The position numbers were made by a program, and so were the translations under genes. A stretch of 36,681 nucleotides of DNA, from sequence record ON470583. One strand, written 5' to 3'. The notes under the pieces were generated by a model. It ran no database searches and had not been told where the DNA came from. It worked only from the letters and a program-made list of their open reading frames with translations. The DNA is from Escherichia phage vB_EcoS-689R5. Positions 35,591 through 36,681 of the stretch are shown here, piece by piece (position 1 is the stretch's first letter; every line of letters begins with the position of its first letter).

Positions 35591-36135
35591 AAACGGGGGC
35601 CGAAGCCATCCGGGCGCTGGCCATGCAGATCCCGGCGTTTCGTCAGAAACTGAGTGACGGCTGGTATCAGGTACGGATTGCCGGGCGTGATGCAGGTGAA
35701 ACCGAATTATCTGCCCGTCTTAATGAGCCGCTGGCAAATGGTGCCGTGATCCACATCGTTCCGCGTCTGGAGGGGGCCAAAAGTGGCGGTGTGTTTCAGG
35801 CGGTGCTGGGTGCGGCGCTGATTGCGGTGGCATGGTGGAACCCTGTGGGCTGGCTGGGGGCCGCGGCTGTATCGGGTATGTATGCAGCAGGGGCCAGTAT
35901 GATCCTGGGTGGTGTGGCGCAGATGCTGGCACCGAAAGCCCGGACGCCCACGGCAGCCAGTACAGATAACGGCAAACAGAACACGTATTTCTCGTCACTG
36001 GATAACATGGTTGCCCAGGGCAATGTTCTGCCCGTTCTGTACGGTGAAATGCGTGTGGGGTCGCGAGTGGTATCTCAGGAGATCAGCACGGCAGATGAAG
36101 GTGATGGTGGTCAGGTTGTGGTGATTGGTCGCTGA
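35488..36135 (+). CDS. Tail assembly protein I (lambda gpI-like)
   Basis: MAATHTLPLASPGMVRICLYGDLQRFGRRIDLRVKTGAEAIRALA... and C-terminal ...NGKQNTYFSSLDNMVAQGNVLPVLYGEMRVGSRVVSQEISTADEGDGGQVVVIGR. Confidence 0.9.
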   Translation: MAATHTLPLASPGMVRICLYGDLQRFGRRIDLRVKTGAEAIRALAMQIPAFRQKLSDGWYQVRIAGRDAGETELSARLNEPLANGAVIHIVPRLEGAKSGGVFQAVLGAALIAVAWWNPVGWLGAAAVSGMYAAGASMILGGVAQMLAPKARTPTAASTDNGKQNTYFSSLDNMVAQGNVLPVLYGEMRVGSRVVSQEISTADEGDGGQVVVIGR

Positions 36136-36154
36136 TGCAAAATGTTTTATGTGA

Positions 36155-36178
36155 AACCGCCTGCGGGCGGTTTTGTCG
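36155..36178 (+). terminator. Terminator-like hairpin between I and J
   Basis: CCGCC-UGCG-GGCGG followed by UUUUGUCGUUU. Confidence 0.5.
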
Positions 36179-36195
36179 TTTATGGAGCGTGAAGA

Positions 36196-36681
36196 ATGGG
36201 TAAAGGCAGCAGTAAGGGGCATACCCCGCGCGAAGCGAAGGACAACCTGAAGTCCACGCAGCTGCTGAGTGTGATCGATGCCATCAGCGAAGGGCCGGTT
36301 GAAGGTCCGGTGGATGGATTAAAAAGCGTGCTGCTGAACAGTACGCCGGTGCTGGACAGTGAGGGGAATACCAATATATCCGGCGTCACGGTGGTGTTCC
36401 TGGCCGGTGAGCAGGAGCAGACACCGCCGGAGGGATTTGAATCCTCCGGCTCCGAGACGGTGCTCGGTACAGAAGTGAAATATGACACGCCGATCACCCG
36501 GACCATCACGTCGGCAAACATCGACCGTCTGCGTTTTACTTTCGGCGTGCAGGCACTGGTGGAAACCACCTCAAAGGGGGACAGGAATCCGTCGGAAGTC
36601 CGCCTGCTGGTTCAGATACAGCGTAACGGTGGCTGGGTGACGGAAAAAGACATCACCATTAAGGGCAAAACCACCTCGCAG
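36196..36681 (+). CDS. Central tail fibre / tip attachment protein J, N-terminal 162 codons (runs off the window end)
   Basis: Manual translation MGKGSSKGHTPREAKDNLKSTQLLSVIDAISEGPVEGPVDGLKSVLLNSTPVLDSEGNTNISGVTVVF...; open to the window end. Confidence 0.85.
   Translation, partial: MGKGSSKGHTPREAKDNLKSTQLLSVIDAISEGPVEGPVDGLKSVLLNSTPVLDSEGNTNISGVTVVFLAGEQEQTPPEGFESSGSETVLGTEVKYDTPITRTITSANIDRLRFTFGVQALVETTSKGDRNPSEVRLLVQIQRNGGWVTEKDITIKGKTTSQ

Overview
This window is an accessory region of an Escherichia/Shigella-type chromosome, called by reading the six-frame translations and the raw sequence only (no database search was run). Bases 1-1500 hold a P4-type tyrosine integrase (stop at bases 1-3) next to tRNA-Asn, marking the edge of an asn-tRNA island that extends left of the window. 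Core genes mtfA and tRNA-Ser(CGA) follow. From about 2572 to the window end lies the left part of a largely intact Qin-like lambdoid prophage integrated at serU: int-xis, a large DnaQ-like exonuclease, the ydfD-dicB-DicF-ydfCBA operon, a cI/cro immunity switch, a YdaT(CII-like) gene and an iteron-containing replisome organizer. A nin region follows (10-N assembly gap, DUF4406, paralogous small genes, Hok toxin, lipoprotein moron, DUF968, RusA, Q), then pR'/tR', four phage tRNAs, a pinholin/SAR-endolysin/Rz/Rz1 lysis cassette and an AT-rich two-gene moron. The right end is an HNH-TerS-TerL-portal-protease-capsid (HK97-type) head module and a lambda-like tail module (major tail, G/GT frameshift, tape measure, M, L, K, I, start of J). 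I did not find one clearly novel multi-gene system; the best candidates for undescribed biology are the cargo modules (moron after Rz1, lipoprotein next to hok, the triplicated nin family) and the structured non-coding region between the tRNAs and the holin.
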